This document shows, piece after piece, positions 40,501-52,500 of a stretch of 64,000 nt of DNA (the first letter of the stretch is position 1; the number at the start of each line of letters is the position of its first letter). Made by a program: the position numbers and the translations under genes. The stretch lies in NCBI RefSeq assembly GCF_964194025.1, contig NC_134473.1, positions 66,278,001-66,342,000 of the forward strand. Direction: 5' to 3'. Below the pieces are notes generated by a model. That model was not told where the DNA came from and searched no databases. It saw only the letters and a program-made list of their open reading frames with translations. Source of the stretch: Convolutriloba macropyga (lineage: Eukaryota).

Positions 40501-43500
40501 ACATTTACAAATAATTTTCAAACTTTTCAGTTTTTGATGTTGTTTTTGTCAAATTGTAACTTATTTTCATCAATGAGAGGTCACATCCAATTTCTTGTGT
40601 TTCAAAAAATAACATATCTACTGATATTATTTGTCACTGATGCTTTGTTTGTTGGATAATATGCGGTTTTATAAACGTTTTTTTATTGCTCTTTTTTGCG
40701 TTTCTTTTTCTCTTCGTTCAGAACAATCGCGTAGTAACAGATCCTAATGGTTTTCAAATGTGACCCAAATCAACTTATTTAGTCTCAGTATAATTCCTTC
40801 AATTGAATTCTTAGAAAAAAGATTTCAATTAAAAATACATAATATTCAGATATTAGCTAATGATTTTAATGGTAGCAATAGTTTGTTTTCGCAAATCGTT
40901 TGTAATTTTTTCTATAGTTCGTTTCTAAGGCTTAGTCTATCCAAAGACAGTTCCTTTTGGTTTTGTAATAACTTTTTAGTAATTTATCAAAAATTATTTA
41001 GTTAAAAGCTAATGATTGTTAAGACTTTTGAAATATCTTGGTTTAAAAAATGTTGATCAATTTTTGAAACTCGCCTCATTGATCGTTGTATTTATTGACT
41101 TGCTACGTAGTCTCAGTAAGAAAACTTTCCATCCACAGTTAGAAGAAGAAAATTCGAGTAGTTAAGGTTTTATGCGGTTTTATAATTGTTAAGACTTTTG
41201 AAATATCTTGGTTTAAAAAATGTTGATTAATTTTTGAAACTCGCCTCATCGATCGTTGTATTTTTTGACTTGCTACGTACTCTCAGTAAGAAAACTTTCC
41301 ATCCACAGATAGAAGAAACTAAATTCGAGTAGTTAAGGTTTTATCTGACTGCATTTTGACGTTGTTACTATGTGCTTTTAAATTTAGATTTTCAGTTTTT
41401 GCTGTGAAATTTTTGTTTTTGCCTATTTTGTTTTTTGTTTTTTTTTGTCTCGTAGTATGTTTAATGTCAGATGTCATTGGCGCTGTAATGAGGCATGGTA
41501 TTGTGTAATTCAATTAGTAGATAGGTTGTGTAGCGATTGTTTTAAACTCAAACATCTATTTTTGTTATCTCTTCATTTTGTTGACAATTAAGTCAAAAAT
41601 GTAGATGAGCTCGGGTCGGAACATCATGTGCAAACGCACATTAACGAGCCTCCTTGTTTTCGATTTATTTTCGATTGAATTGTCTGATCGAGCAGAATTT
41701 CGGCACTTTCTCATTTTCGTAGTAGTTTTGGACGCTAACAAGTTATTAACCGGGAAGTTATGCAACTGTTGCTATCACAAGTAGAGTTGATCAGAGCGAT
41801 TTGACTCGTAATGTTTTAACATCTATATAAATTAATATGAGCCAAAAGAGATTGCAGATACCGCTATTGGATTGATCTTTTGTATTTAAAAAAATTGAAA
41901 GACACGAAGAAGTAGTTTCTGCTCTTATGCCTTTTTGAACTAGAGACGTGTGTGGCGTGACTTTTATCAATAATTAACATAAAAGTTGTTGCCGCGACCC
42001 ACCGGTTATTGTTCCAACTGGGTTTTTTTAATGTTCAGTCCATTTTCACCGATCGATATTTTCATCGTACAGAGTTGTGAGTGGTATGATTAGAAAGCTT
42101 GTCAAGAGTAGAGTATCAAAGTTAAAGCATTTTTGAATTTCGCTTTTCCAAGGTGTTGCGGAGGTTTAAAGTTTTGTGAACGTTAGGCTCATTGTTTTGT
42201 TCACAGTTTTTTTAGTTTTGTTGCTGAAATCAATTTTGAAGTTTTAAATGTCATAAAAATTCTGAACGATATTGGTTTTACGTCTAACGATGAAAGAGGT
42301 GCTTCATTTTTTGAACCAGCATTTTGGCTTAGAGTTTGGCTTTTTTCGAAAATTCTGCTTTTTCTTTTTTTTCAGGAGAAATGGCACTAAATCTGCTTTA
42401 GCCCTTCTTGTTCAAATATTCCGGTGCAGACATAGAAACTGTTGACACGATCTTTTACAGAGATGACGGCTATTTTTTCTTAGTATTCTGGAACTAACAA
42501 TTTGGCGGCCTTTCAATAATTTGAATCAATAAAAGTAACCCAAAAAATGCATCATTTATTTGTGATAGAATAGGATTTTCGATTTTCGTTTTGAAGAATA
42601 TTTATTAAGCACTTTTTTGGATCCGTGAAATTTTGGCTGCCATTTAGCGATAGCAAGGTCAGATTTGATTTCATCGGTGATTTTTGCAGTGAAAAAGCAT
42701 TCGGTTTTTGTTTTGGATCTGTTCTTTTTGTAATATTTCTTGCATTTTTCCCAATTTAAGACTAGTTGGTTTTCATCTAGAGGTTAAATTAATGAGAAGT
42801 CCAAATTATATTCAATTGAGGCCCAATGAATAAATATTGTATTTTATGTGTAAGGCTTTTGGTTTTGGTGGTCTCACGACTGATTCACATTATTTATTCA
42901 TCATTTATTTTTGATATAATGACTTGTCACATTAGCTAATGCATTAACATATTGAACAATTATTTGTTGTATCAGACGAGCATCGTTTTAAAAACTAGTT
43001 TTTGCTAAAATTCAAATTTTTACAGTTCAAAAAGTTTTCGGGTTGTAATGGGACGCTTTTTTCTTTTTAAATTTTTAATGTTAATTACAGACCAGAATAA
43101 TTTCAATCAAAATTCAATTACTGTCAACAAAAATTTACTTGCAAATGAAGGTCACTGAAGATACCTTATACTTTAAGCTAAAGTCTCATGGCTTTTAGTT
43201 GCTTGCTGTTCTTTTACACTATTTGCGTAAGTTTTTTGAAAATTTTGCCTGTATTAGTTGGTATTTTGTTGACATTTGACTTAGTCTTTTTAATGACAAG
43301 TCCATTGCCTTCTTAGGCAGTACCAGGTTAATTTGTTTCTACCTTTTTCAGTTGAAAGCGTGTGGTTGTTCTGGCTCTTTTGCAGACATGCCACTTTTCA
43401 TCTTATTTAAGTCAGCTTGTAGCATAATCTAAGAAAAAAAAGGTCGCACATACTTTCAAGTTAATTTCAATTTAGTCCTCACTGATGTCTTATCATGTGA

Positions 43501-46500
43501 AAAATGTTTTTTTTTACTTAAATACTATGAATTTTTTTAAACATTTTCCGGGTTTTTTTTGCTCCGGGTTTTTTTCAGACATGCCACTTTTCATCTTATT
43601 TAAGTCAGCTTGTAGCATAGTCTCAGAAAAAGGTCGCACACACTTTCAAGTTAATTTCAATTTAGTCCTCACTGATGTCTTATCATGTGAAAAATGGTTT
43701 TTTTTACTTAAATACTATGAATTTTTTTCAACATTTCCCGGGTTTTTTTGCTCCTTTTTGCTGTCATGTCATATTATCACACTGAAGACAACTCACACCT
43801 TGAAGGGCACAATTGACTAAGTTTTAAATGTTTTTAGTGAACAGATTACGGTTTTAAAGGCATCGACTCAATGACTATAATGTTAATGACTATATATTAA
43901 TGACTAAAAAATTTTTTTAAAAAAAAAATTTTGCCTGTATTTCTTTTTGTAGGTGTTTGAGATTCTGGGTGATGGCAGGTCTCAATGACTTTCTTTGCAT
44001 GTGCAAATGAAGCCATTTATTGACCAGTTGATAGCTTATGGTTTTCATAACTATAAAATTAATTGTTTTCAAAAAGCATGAACGTATCTTTTAACTTTGC
44101 ACTCTGTTTTTGTCTACATGTTAATTATACTCAATGAAAATCCCATACAGAAGATCCCATATCTTCTGTTGTGCGATGCTTTTCAATTTAATTAGTTTTG
44201 TTCTCTGATACTATTTTGTCTTTGTTTTTAAGTTTTATAAAGTAGGTACAGATTTTCGGTCGTAATTAATGCTTTTTTGCTTTTTTTTTTCATTTTGTTG
44301 TTTGTCTTGTCTCTTAGTTGCCTTAATGGCAGGTTTCTCGGCCCTCTAATGAGGCATTATATAATTTGTTTAATAATTTGAGTTTAAAGTGATTTTTTGA
44401 TGGTTGCAGCAATTATTTTTGAACAATATTTTAATTTTCTTCGTTTTCTATCTCTTGTCCTTTTGGTAGACAATTAAGTCAATAATATGGTTGAGCAGGG
44501 TCGGAAAATTTTGTGTTAATGTACATTTACTGAACCTCCTTTTTTAGCATATTATTAACTTAGTTGTTTTCTTGATAATAGCACTTTTTCTCAGAATAGC
44601 TTTTTAATCGAAGTTAGAGATCACCTTAAAACAAGTATACTCAACTCAACAGGTGCCAGTAAAAGGTTTTTTTTGTGGAAAGGTTCATCTCTGGAAACCA
44701 ATTGAGAGATCGGTTTGGGAACTCAACTGAAAATTGGCCCTTCAAGTGTCTACACAATTGGCGTGTCTTCAATTTGTGATTCGAATTTATTGACTTTTTT
44801 GCGCTACAGCCCTTTGAAGCCAATCACGACAACTCATTCCTGGCAACATTATACTTTTAAACTCTGAATTGGTGCGTAATAGATGTGTGAGTGTTTTTAG
44901 GACCCGTTTGGTGGAGTGTTGAGTGACGAGGCAGATGCAAGCAGAGGTGATCAATCTAACGTGTCTCTTATCAATGTTGCCAGCAGATACAAGAACCCAG
45001 ATCGACAACCCAATACGTAAGGAGACTACCCAAAAACTCTTCTCATTACGATGTGCAACAGTGTTTTGAATTGTATTGAAAACTGATATAAAGCTTATAT
45101 ACTTAGATTGTTATTTAATAAGACAAGGAAGATGGCTGTAATTAGGCGATGAAAAACGAGGCTTGCGAATAAAAATTTCGGAATCAAAATGCCACAAAGT
45201 GAGGGAGAGTGTTTTTTTTTGTATCGTGGATGAATTTATGAAGTTTCTCTCGTATAAAAGATATAAAAATTTGGGCCGGTTCCTAATTGGACCTTTGAAC
45301 CGAATGGATTGTCTAGTGTTTTGTGAGCAATGTTTAAACCGTTGAGGACAATGGAGAATTCTGCAGAGTTTTATAAAAATTTGTCTGGTTCTCTGTCGTC
45401 CGACCGCAGCACCAGCGTCACACTGTGCACATTAGCTAAAATTATGTGAGAAGTATATAGTCAAAATTATTAATGTCAAAATTATTAATTTGTATCCGGC
45501 TCCTCTGGTGAAAGAGGAGTATAGAGTAACAAACACTATATAAATAGTTTTACTCCCCTTTCACCAGGGGAGCCGTATACACTATTAATAATTTTGAAAT
45601 TAATAATGTTAGTTAAAGTGCACATCACTAAAATTACCTGAAGGTGTAACGCCCTCTTGTGGTGCTTTAGATATCCGCCGTTGCATGATCGAGTTGCGAG
45701 ACTGGTGAGTAATGCAGACGGAGATTCTCCTGAACTCTTCTACAAGATAGCAGGCAAGAGTCTCAAAGGCAGGGCTGTCATCATCAACATCTCTAAATTC
45801 ACTGGTATGTTTCTATATGCTATAGGTTGTTGCTGGAGAAAGTAACGGAACATTTTTATAGCAACATCTGATAAATAGTAACGGACGTGTGCCCTGGAAA
45901 TTAATAACTTATTTCTTAACAAAATCAATATGATTAAGCATATTGAGACAAGAACCCAGCAGATACAAGAACCCAGATCGACAACCCAATACGTAAGGAG
46001 ACGATATGAGGTTAATACAAATGTGCTTTGAGATCTGCTCTTTAATCAATCAAATAAACCTCTACCAAATTTATTCTTGACCTTCTGGTGCTCATCGAAT
46101 AAGGTCGTCCAATCATAGACATCAGAAATTTAGAATTGTTGACCCTTCATGCCCCGTGCCGCGTTTGAGTTAACTATTGTTAGTAATGAAGTTTTTCGTT
46201 TTCTATAATAAGGAACTGTTTAGGGGATGAACAGAGCAGACAGGGTTCGCAGAGGGACGCCATTTCCATGCTAGCGTGTTTGGAGTCACTCGGTTTCAAA
46301 GTTGAGGTCTACGACAATCTAACCAGTGCTCAATTCTATCAACTCATTCTGCACTTGAGTTAGTCCTCGTTGTTATAGGCGCTCTTACTCTATTCGAGAA
46401 TACGCTAGGATTATAATTCACGCGCCTATACAGAAATTTAGCGCCGCCGAATTTCAGAAATTGTTTTGAAAAGTGTATTACATAATGGTTATGTAATGAT

Positions 46501-49500
46501 CAGTCACAAAAAAATACAGCATGCACTAAAAATGTGCTGATCAAATTTTGCGATTATTATGAATATTAAGAATTGATATTTGATTTGATAAAAGTCAACA
46601 GTGGCTGTTTGAAGAGTTAAATATTCAACCTTGAACAGCTTAAAGTTTGATAATTCTGTATAGAAGATTTCCCTGATCTGATACTTTTTTTACATGAAGT
46701 GATATTGCGAACGTTGTTTCTTATCACATTGGTTAATTTGTCAGGTGTCGATCCTCGGAAGCAGCACTCAAAAGTAGATGCATTCGCCATGGTCATCTTA
46801 TCACACGGCACACAGTAAGTAACATTTTCCAGTCCTAACTGTATTAAAATTGGGTATTTCCCATTATAGCCCCTACCCCCCCCCCCCCATCATGGTGATT
46901 ATACCGTTATTATAGCCCCACAGCTTACTAGTCAGATAACCTATAAGCCCCCCCCCCCCCTCCGCTCCGTTCCCCCAATCATGGTAATTATACCATAATT
47001 GGGGACTGAAAGACCCATTTAAGTATTAGTTTGCAGTTCGTGATGCATGTCAATAGATGCGAGCTATCACTTCGATACAATTTAAAATGTTGATCTTCAC
47101 GGAATCAATTTACTAAGCAGGTATTCAACAATTTATGTTGACGAAAAGTAGCTCATTTATTTAGATGAAAGTCGCTCTATTGATAAATAGAATCTTGATT
47201 TTTACGTGCTCTCGAACGCAGTTTGATGCAATTATTGTAAACGTGTTGGTCTTTTTTATGCCAATTTTTTTTTTACCGTTTTTGCGCTTTTGTTCTGGAA
47301 CATTATTTCACTCCTTGCGTGACTTTTTCACTGAAATGAAGTTCGTTGCCAATACAAGCGATTATGAGCGAACAAGAATCAAAGCCATCGGAGCTTAGTG
47401 GTTAAATGTGATTTGAGACTGCTATCCTGGAGGTGGTGACCGGACAATAGATCGAAAGGACAACAGATCGAAAACAGAAAAATTGGGACAATAGATCGAA
47501 AATTAATCTCTATTCTTATTGGTATAAATTAAGCATTATTTGCGAGCTGCAATATAATTACCAAATCATGGCCATGCCTCGCTAGCCATGGCCATGCCTT
47601 AGCGGCCCGTGAGACTTAATATGGATCTATCACAACCGAACAAAATATCACAACAGAACATGTTATATACTTGTATAATAAATGAGCGCTTAAATCTGAT
47701 TGGCCAAAACGCAACTTGAATTATTTAATTTTTGATCTATTGTCCCAATTTTCGCTTTCGATCTGTTGTCCTAGCACCTCTGGAGGTTGCCGTTTAGAAG
47801 CCTTCTGGGGTCGCGATTAAACACTAATTTAAATTGCCTCGACTATCGTTCGAGAGCAATTCGCCCGCCGTTAGTCGGTTTATGTTAAATGGTTATAGAT
47901 GTCTTCTGTTAGGAACAGAGAGGGTCATGACGTCATAATGAGCAGTGACTCAGAGGAGATCGAGTTCAAATATATCACATCTCAGTTCGCAGGAAACGTC
48001 GCCAAAACTCTTGCAGGAAAACCAAAGATCTTCTTCGTCCAGGTAAACTTGGTTAAAATTAATTTTAAAAAATTGCTCTAGTAACCTGACGTTTTGATAA
48101 TAAGACAATTAGTAAATAAATGAATTGGTTATGAATTTAGCAATTTGTTCTAATTATTTACTGTAACTATATTATTTAAAAATGGCGCCTTCAAATAACG
48201 ACCTTCAAAATAGCGCTATTGTAATCACAAAAAGGGACCATTCATAAAATGCTCTCGATTTAACAAAAAACGGCTCTTATTTGCCCGCTAACTATTTTTA
48301 ATCAATGCTAAATACTTAACCAAATCATTAATGTACCAATTGGGGCTTTCATCGAAAAGTAAAATTTATAGCAATAGAGCAATTTTTATTTATTAACTTT
48401 GATTAAATTTACCAAAGAACTAACTTTAAATTTCTAACAATTTTTCAGTTGGTGAAGTGTCAGTTATCAGGAAAAAATGATTTTATTTTGAAATAATTTT
48501 AGGCCTGCAGAGGGGACAAGACAGATCCGGGTCGAGAAATAGCGGTGGACTCCTCAGATGGGGTTGAAGGTTTGGGTCGTGGTATGGGAGAGGACGAGAC
48601 TGATTTCTTCTTCCGAACAATCACAATACCAGCTGAGGCTGATATCTTTGTTGCATACTCAACTCCTCCTGGGTAAGGACCTCTGATTTGTAGAACAGCA
48701 TGGAGTCTGTCCTTTACCTTCCCGTGAACAGAATACGTTTTTTAATTGCTCTCCAATGAAATTTGAAGCAATTATTGTAAATGTAAGCAATTGTTGCTGG
48801 CCTTTTTTGCGCTTTTGTTATTGATAGCCGTACAGCGATAGCTGGGGCTATTATTGGCCTTCTCTTGTTTTTTTTGTTGTGATTTTTGTTACGACCATAT
48901 GACGTCACAACCACTTCAAATCTGCTTTTTGTTCATTCATTCATGCAATTTCAACTGAATTACGTGCGTGACGTCATTTTTCGTTCTTAGTGGAGCGAGT
49001 TTTTTCGTTAATTTGCGTGATAAAATTTCCGGTCACACTTGACTTACCTCACTCACAAAAATGACTTCCTCACTTTGAAATTGACTTTTAATTACTTTAA
49101 TTCAAAGAGATAAGGTGAAGTGAATGTGTTTCACTCTAAATGAAGGTTATTAGAGAGCAGGTAATAGAGGCAGCAAAAACTAAAGGCAGCAAAAACAGGT
49201 AATAGAGGCAGCAAAAACAGATTTTTAATCAAAATATAACATATCAGTCTTCAATGAAAAGACGAATTTTTTTGGTCTGTCTTTTTTAATGTTTTTTTGA
49301 GACTGCAGATCTACGAAGTTATTGCGGCTATTTTCTGGCAATCTGCCATCTATGTTAGATCGTTTTGTGACTTTTCAAGTGCCTTTTTCACGCTTGTCTT
49401 CATTTTTGAGTGATTAATTTTTCTTGAACGAAGTTCATAGCAATTATTGTAAACGTGTTGGTTGTTTTTATGCAAATTTTTTGCTTGATCATTCTGCGTT

Positions 49501-52500
49501 TTTCTTCTAGAACCTTCTTTGACTTCTCAAGTGATTTTTTTCACGCTTTCGTTCATCTTTTCTGAGTGATCTCTATGGTCTCACACCGAAGTAATGCTTG
49601 TTGCTAAATTAAAATCTATTGCAGCATAGCTAGAAGAAGGGCCTGATAGCCGAGAGGGCACTGCTTCTGGTCAGTGAGCGGGAGGTCAGTGGTTCAAATT
49701 CTGCTGTGGTAAACTATTTTTGCATCCTTAAAGATAAATTTATCTACGTTATAGCCCCTGAATTAAATTTCCTCTCCTGTCGTTCAAGACCAATTCTTCC
49801 GACGTTAGTCTGTTTGTTTTCCATTGAGCTCACTCCGAAGTTAAATTGGTTGCTATGAAGATCAAAATTGTAGCAGAGGAAATCACAAGGTTCTTGTAGC
49901 CGAATGGATAATGATTACATTGAGTTCTCCGGTAGGTCGGGGGTTGAATCCCTCCATGGTCAGTTTATTTGCACTCATAAAGAAAATATTATCTAGTCTA
50001 CAGCCCTTGAATCAAGTTGTCCCACCTGTCGATTGACAGCAATTTCTCCGACGCTGGTCGGTTTACTAGACTGAACAAAGTAATGCTTGGTTTTTTAATT
50101 CTGATAATTGTTTGCAGGACCTGATAAGTAGCGAGACTAGACATTAAAACATAGATAGTTATGCCATTGCACAGGCTAAAGTTATCGCTTATGGGTTCTT
50201 ATATTCACTGGGCAAACTAAAGCAGTTACAGCCCAATGTTTTCATCGGCGAAGCAAAGTCACCTTCGTACGTCAAATCTATTGCCGTTCTTCTTAACAGA
50301 TTGATAAAAATTTTAGTTAACTTCCCCTAAAATGCATAAGAAAAAAATTACAATGTAAAGCCGCAATATACAGTTAAGAATACAACATGATATACAAAAC
50401 AATAAATAATAAAATATATAGTCTAATGGGTCAGACGAAAAACCGGTCAAGCAACAAATCGCATAAAATGACTAATATATTTGCTTGAAAACTTCGTTTG
50501 ACAGCAATTAACAATAAGTTTTTAGCTGATACTTTTGTTGTTCAAGCCAATCCAATTTAATAAAAATCTGCTTCCAATATCACTCTTAAACAACATCTAG
50601 TTTCCTTGAAACAAATGTTGAAAAAACATTTTTAAAAAGATTTTTTAAAGGATATATATATTTTTAAGAACCTGACCTTAAGTTAGTAAAATCGAGCTTA
50701 AAATTTTATCTACAATTTTCTATGTATATTGTGAACTTTTACAGCGAAAATATAAATGCAGATCCAATGTTTTCAGTGACGTCTTGCAAATGAATTATTT
50801 TTGGGTCCTTTAAAAAATCTTTTTAAAAATGTTTTTTCAACATTTATTTCAAGGAAACTAGATGTTGTTTAAGAGTGATATTGGAAGCAGATTTTTATTA
50901 AATTGGATTGGCTTGAACAACAAAAGTATCAGCTAAAAACTTATTGTTAATTGCTGTCAAACGAAGTTTTCAAGCAAATATATTAGTCATTTTATGCGAT
51001 TTGTTGCTTGACCGGTTTTTCGTCTGACCCATTAGACTTTTCGTCCTTATTAACGGATCAACAGGTAGAGATTCCCCAAATTTGTGATTTGGTGATTACT
51101 CTGGCGATGTGATTAGATAATGGCATTGCGCCCATCCCCACTTGCAATGCTTATAAGGCCCAGCTGGGCACTACCTAAGCCCACCGGTAGCGGCTCGTTT
51201 GAGAACAACTTGACTGAGGTTATTTATGTTTCTTTATTCTTATCAAGCGTAAGTTTTTTTGATCTGTGACGTTGTTCATTTTATTCTCATAGCGGAGAAC
51301 TTAATTTTTATAAGCTGAAAAATTGTCGCTTAGTAAGCGACAAAAAGAATTTTACGAGATCGAGGAGCTCTGGATCGATCATACGTTCTCCTATTAAAAC
51401 AGGTTTTAATTACCCATTTTAATTGAATTTCGCCCAAGAAATTCTGTAGTTGTTACCAAAAACTCTTTCAACAAAGCACGGATTCTCGTTTGGGTCTTTT
51501 TCTATTGTGAAGATTTTTTTAACGTTCGATCTGGTTTTTTTGTTTTACTCAAGAAAAGTGAAGAGAAGTTGTTTTTCAGGGTGCTTGCGGCCGAGTGCTG
51601 GTTACAATTAATTACCGTTTGATAATATGGTATGAAATATTAGTGAATTTTCAATTTCAAAATGGATAACCGTGGAATCGCAATTACATCGCATCGAATG
51701 AATTTCGAGTATAGTGTTCGAGCCAAAGCCAACTTGACAGTTGCCACAAGACCTGTTTGATAATAGGCCTTGAAAAATTGTTTCAGTACCAAAATTGCTT
51801 AAGTATAATAATCGAATCTTGAATGCATCGTATCGATACATTGTTACAACCAACACTCGATTTTTCTGTTATGTTATTAGGTATTACCCCTCATACCTCC
51901 TCCCACCTCCATACGTAGCAGAGTAGTGTGGGCTATGAAGAAGGATAATCGTCAAACATTGATCCAATCACATTGAACGAATAAAAATCGAGTTAACCAA
52001 GACGATCGATGTAAAGTTCTGTTGTGTTCACAGGTATTACTCGTGGCGTAGTCCTGAAAGCGGCTCCTACTTCATGCAGCTGTTGGCCTACAGACTCTTC
52101 CACAATGCATACTTGCAGGACTATGACCTGCAGACTGTAGTCACTCTGGTGAGCCACGACCTCGTTCGCTTCCAGTCCAATGTGCCACAAGACGACAGAA
52201 TGCACAAGAAGAAACAGGTACTCTTTACTGATTAGATTGCACAGAAGTGGATCTAGATCTGGAAATTAGAAATACTGCAGCTGCAATCGATAATAAATTT
52301 TCCAGGAACTATTCGAGTTTGCGGGGGGGGGGGGGGGGTTGTAATGGCATTTTTTAAAAAAAATTGAGCAGTACTACGTTTGATATACAATTAATTAACT
52401 AAGTTGGTTTTCAAAATGTAGCTACAATTATCGCTGATCGCTTACTCGAGTGGACACGACATTATACTTGCTTTTAATAGAATAAATATAAATGGTTTCA

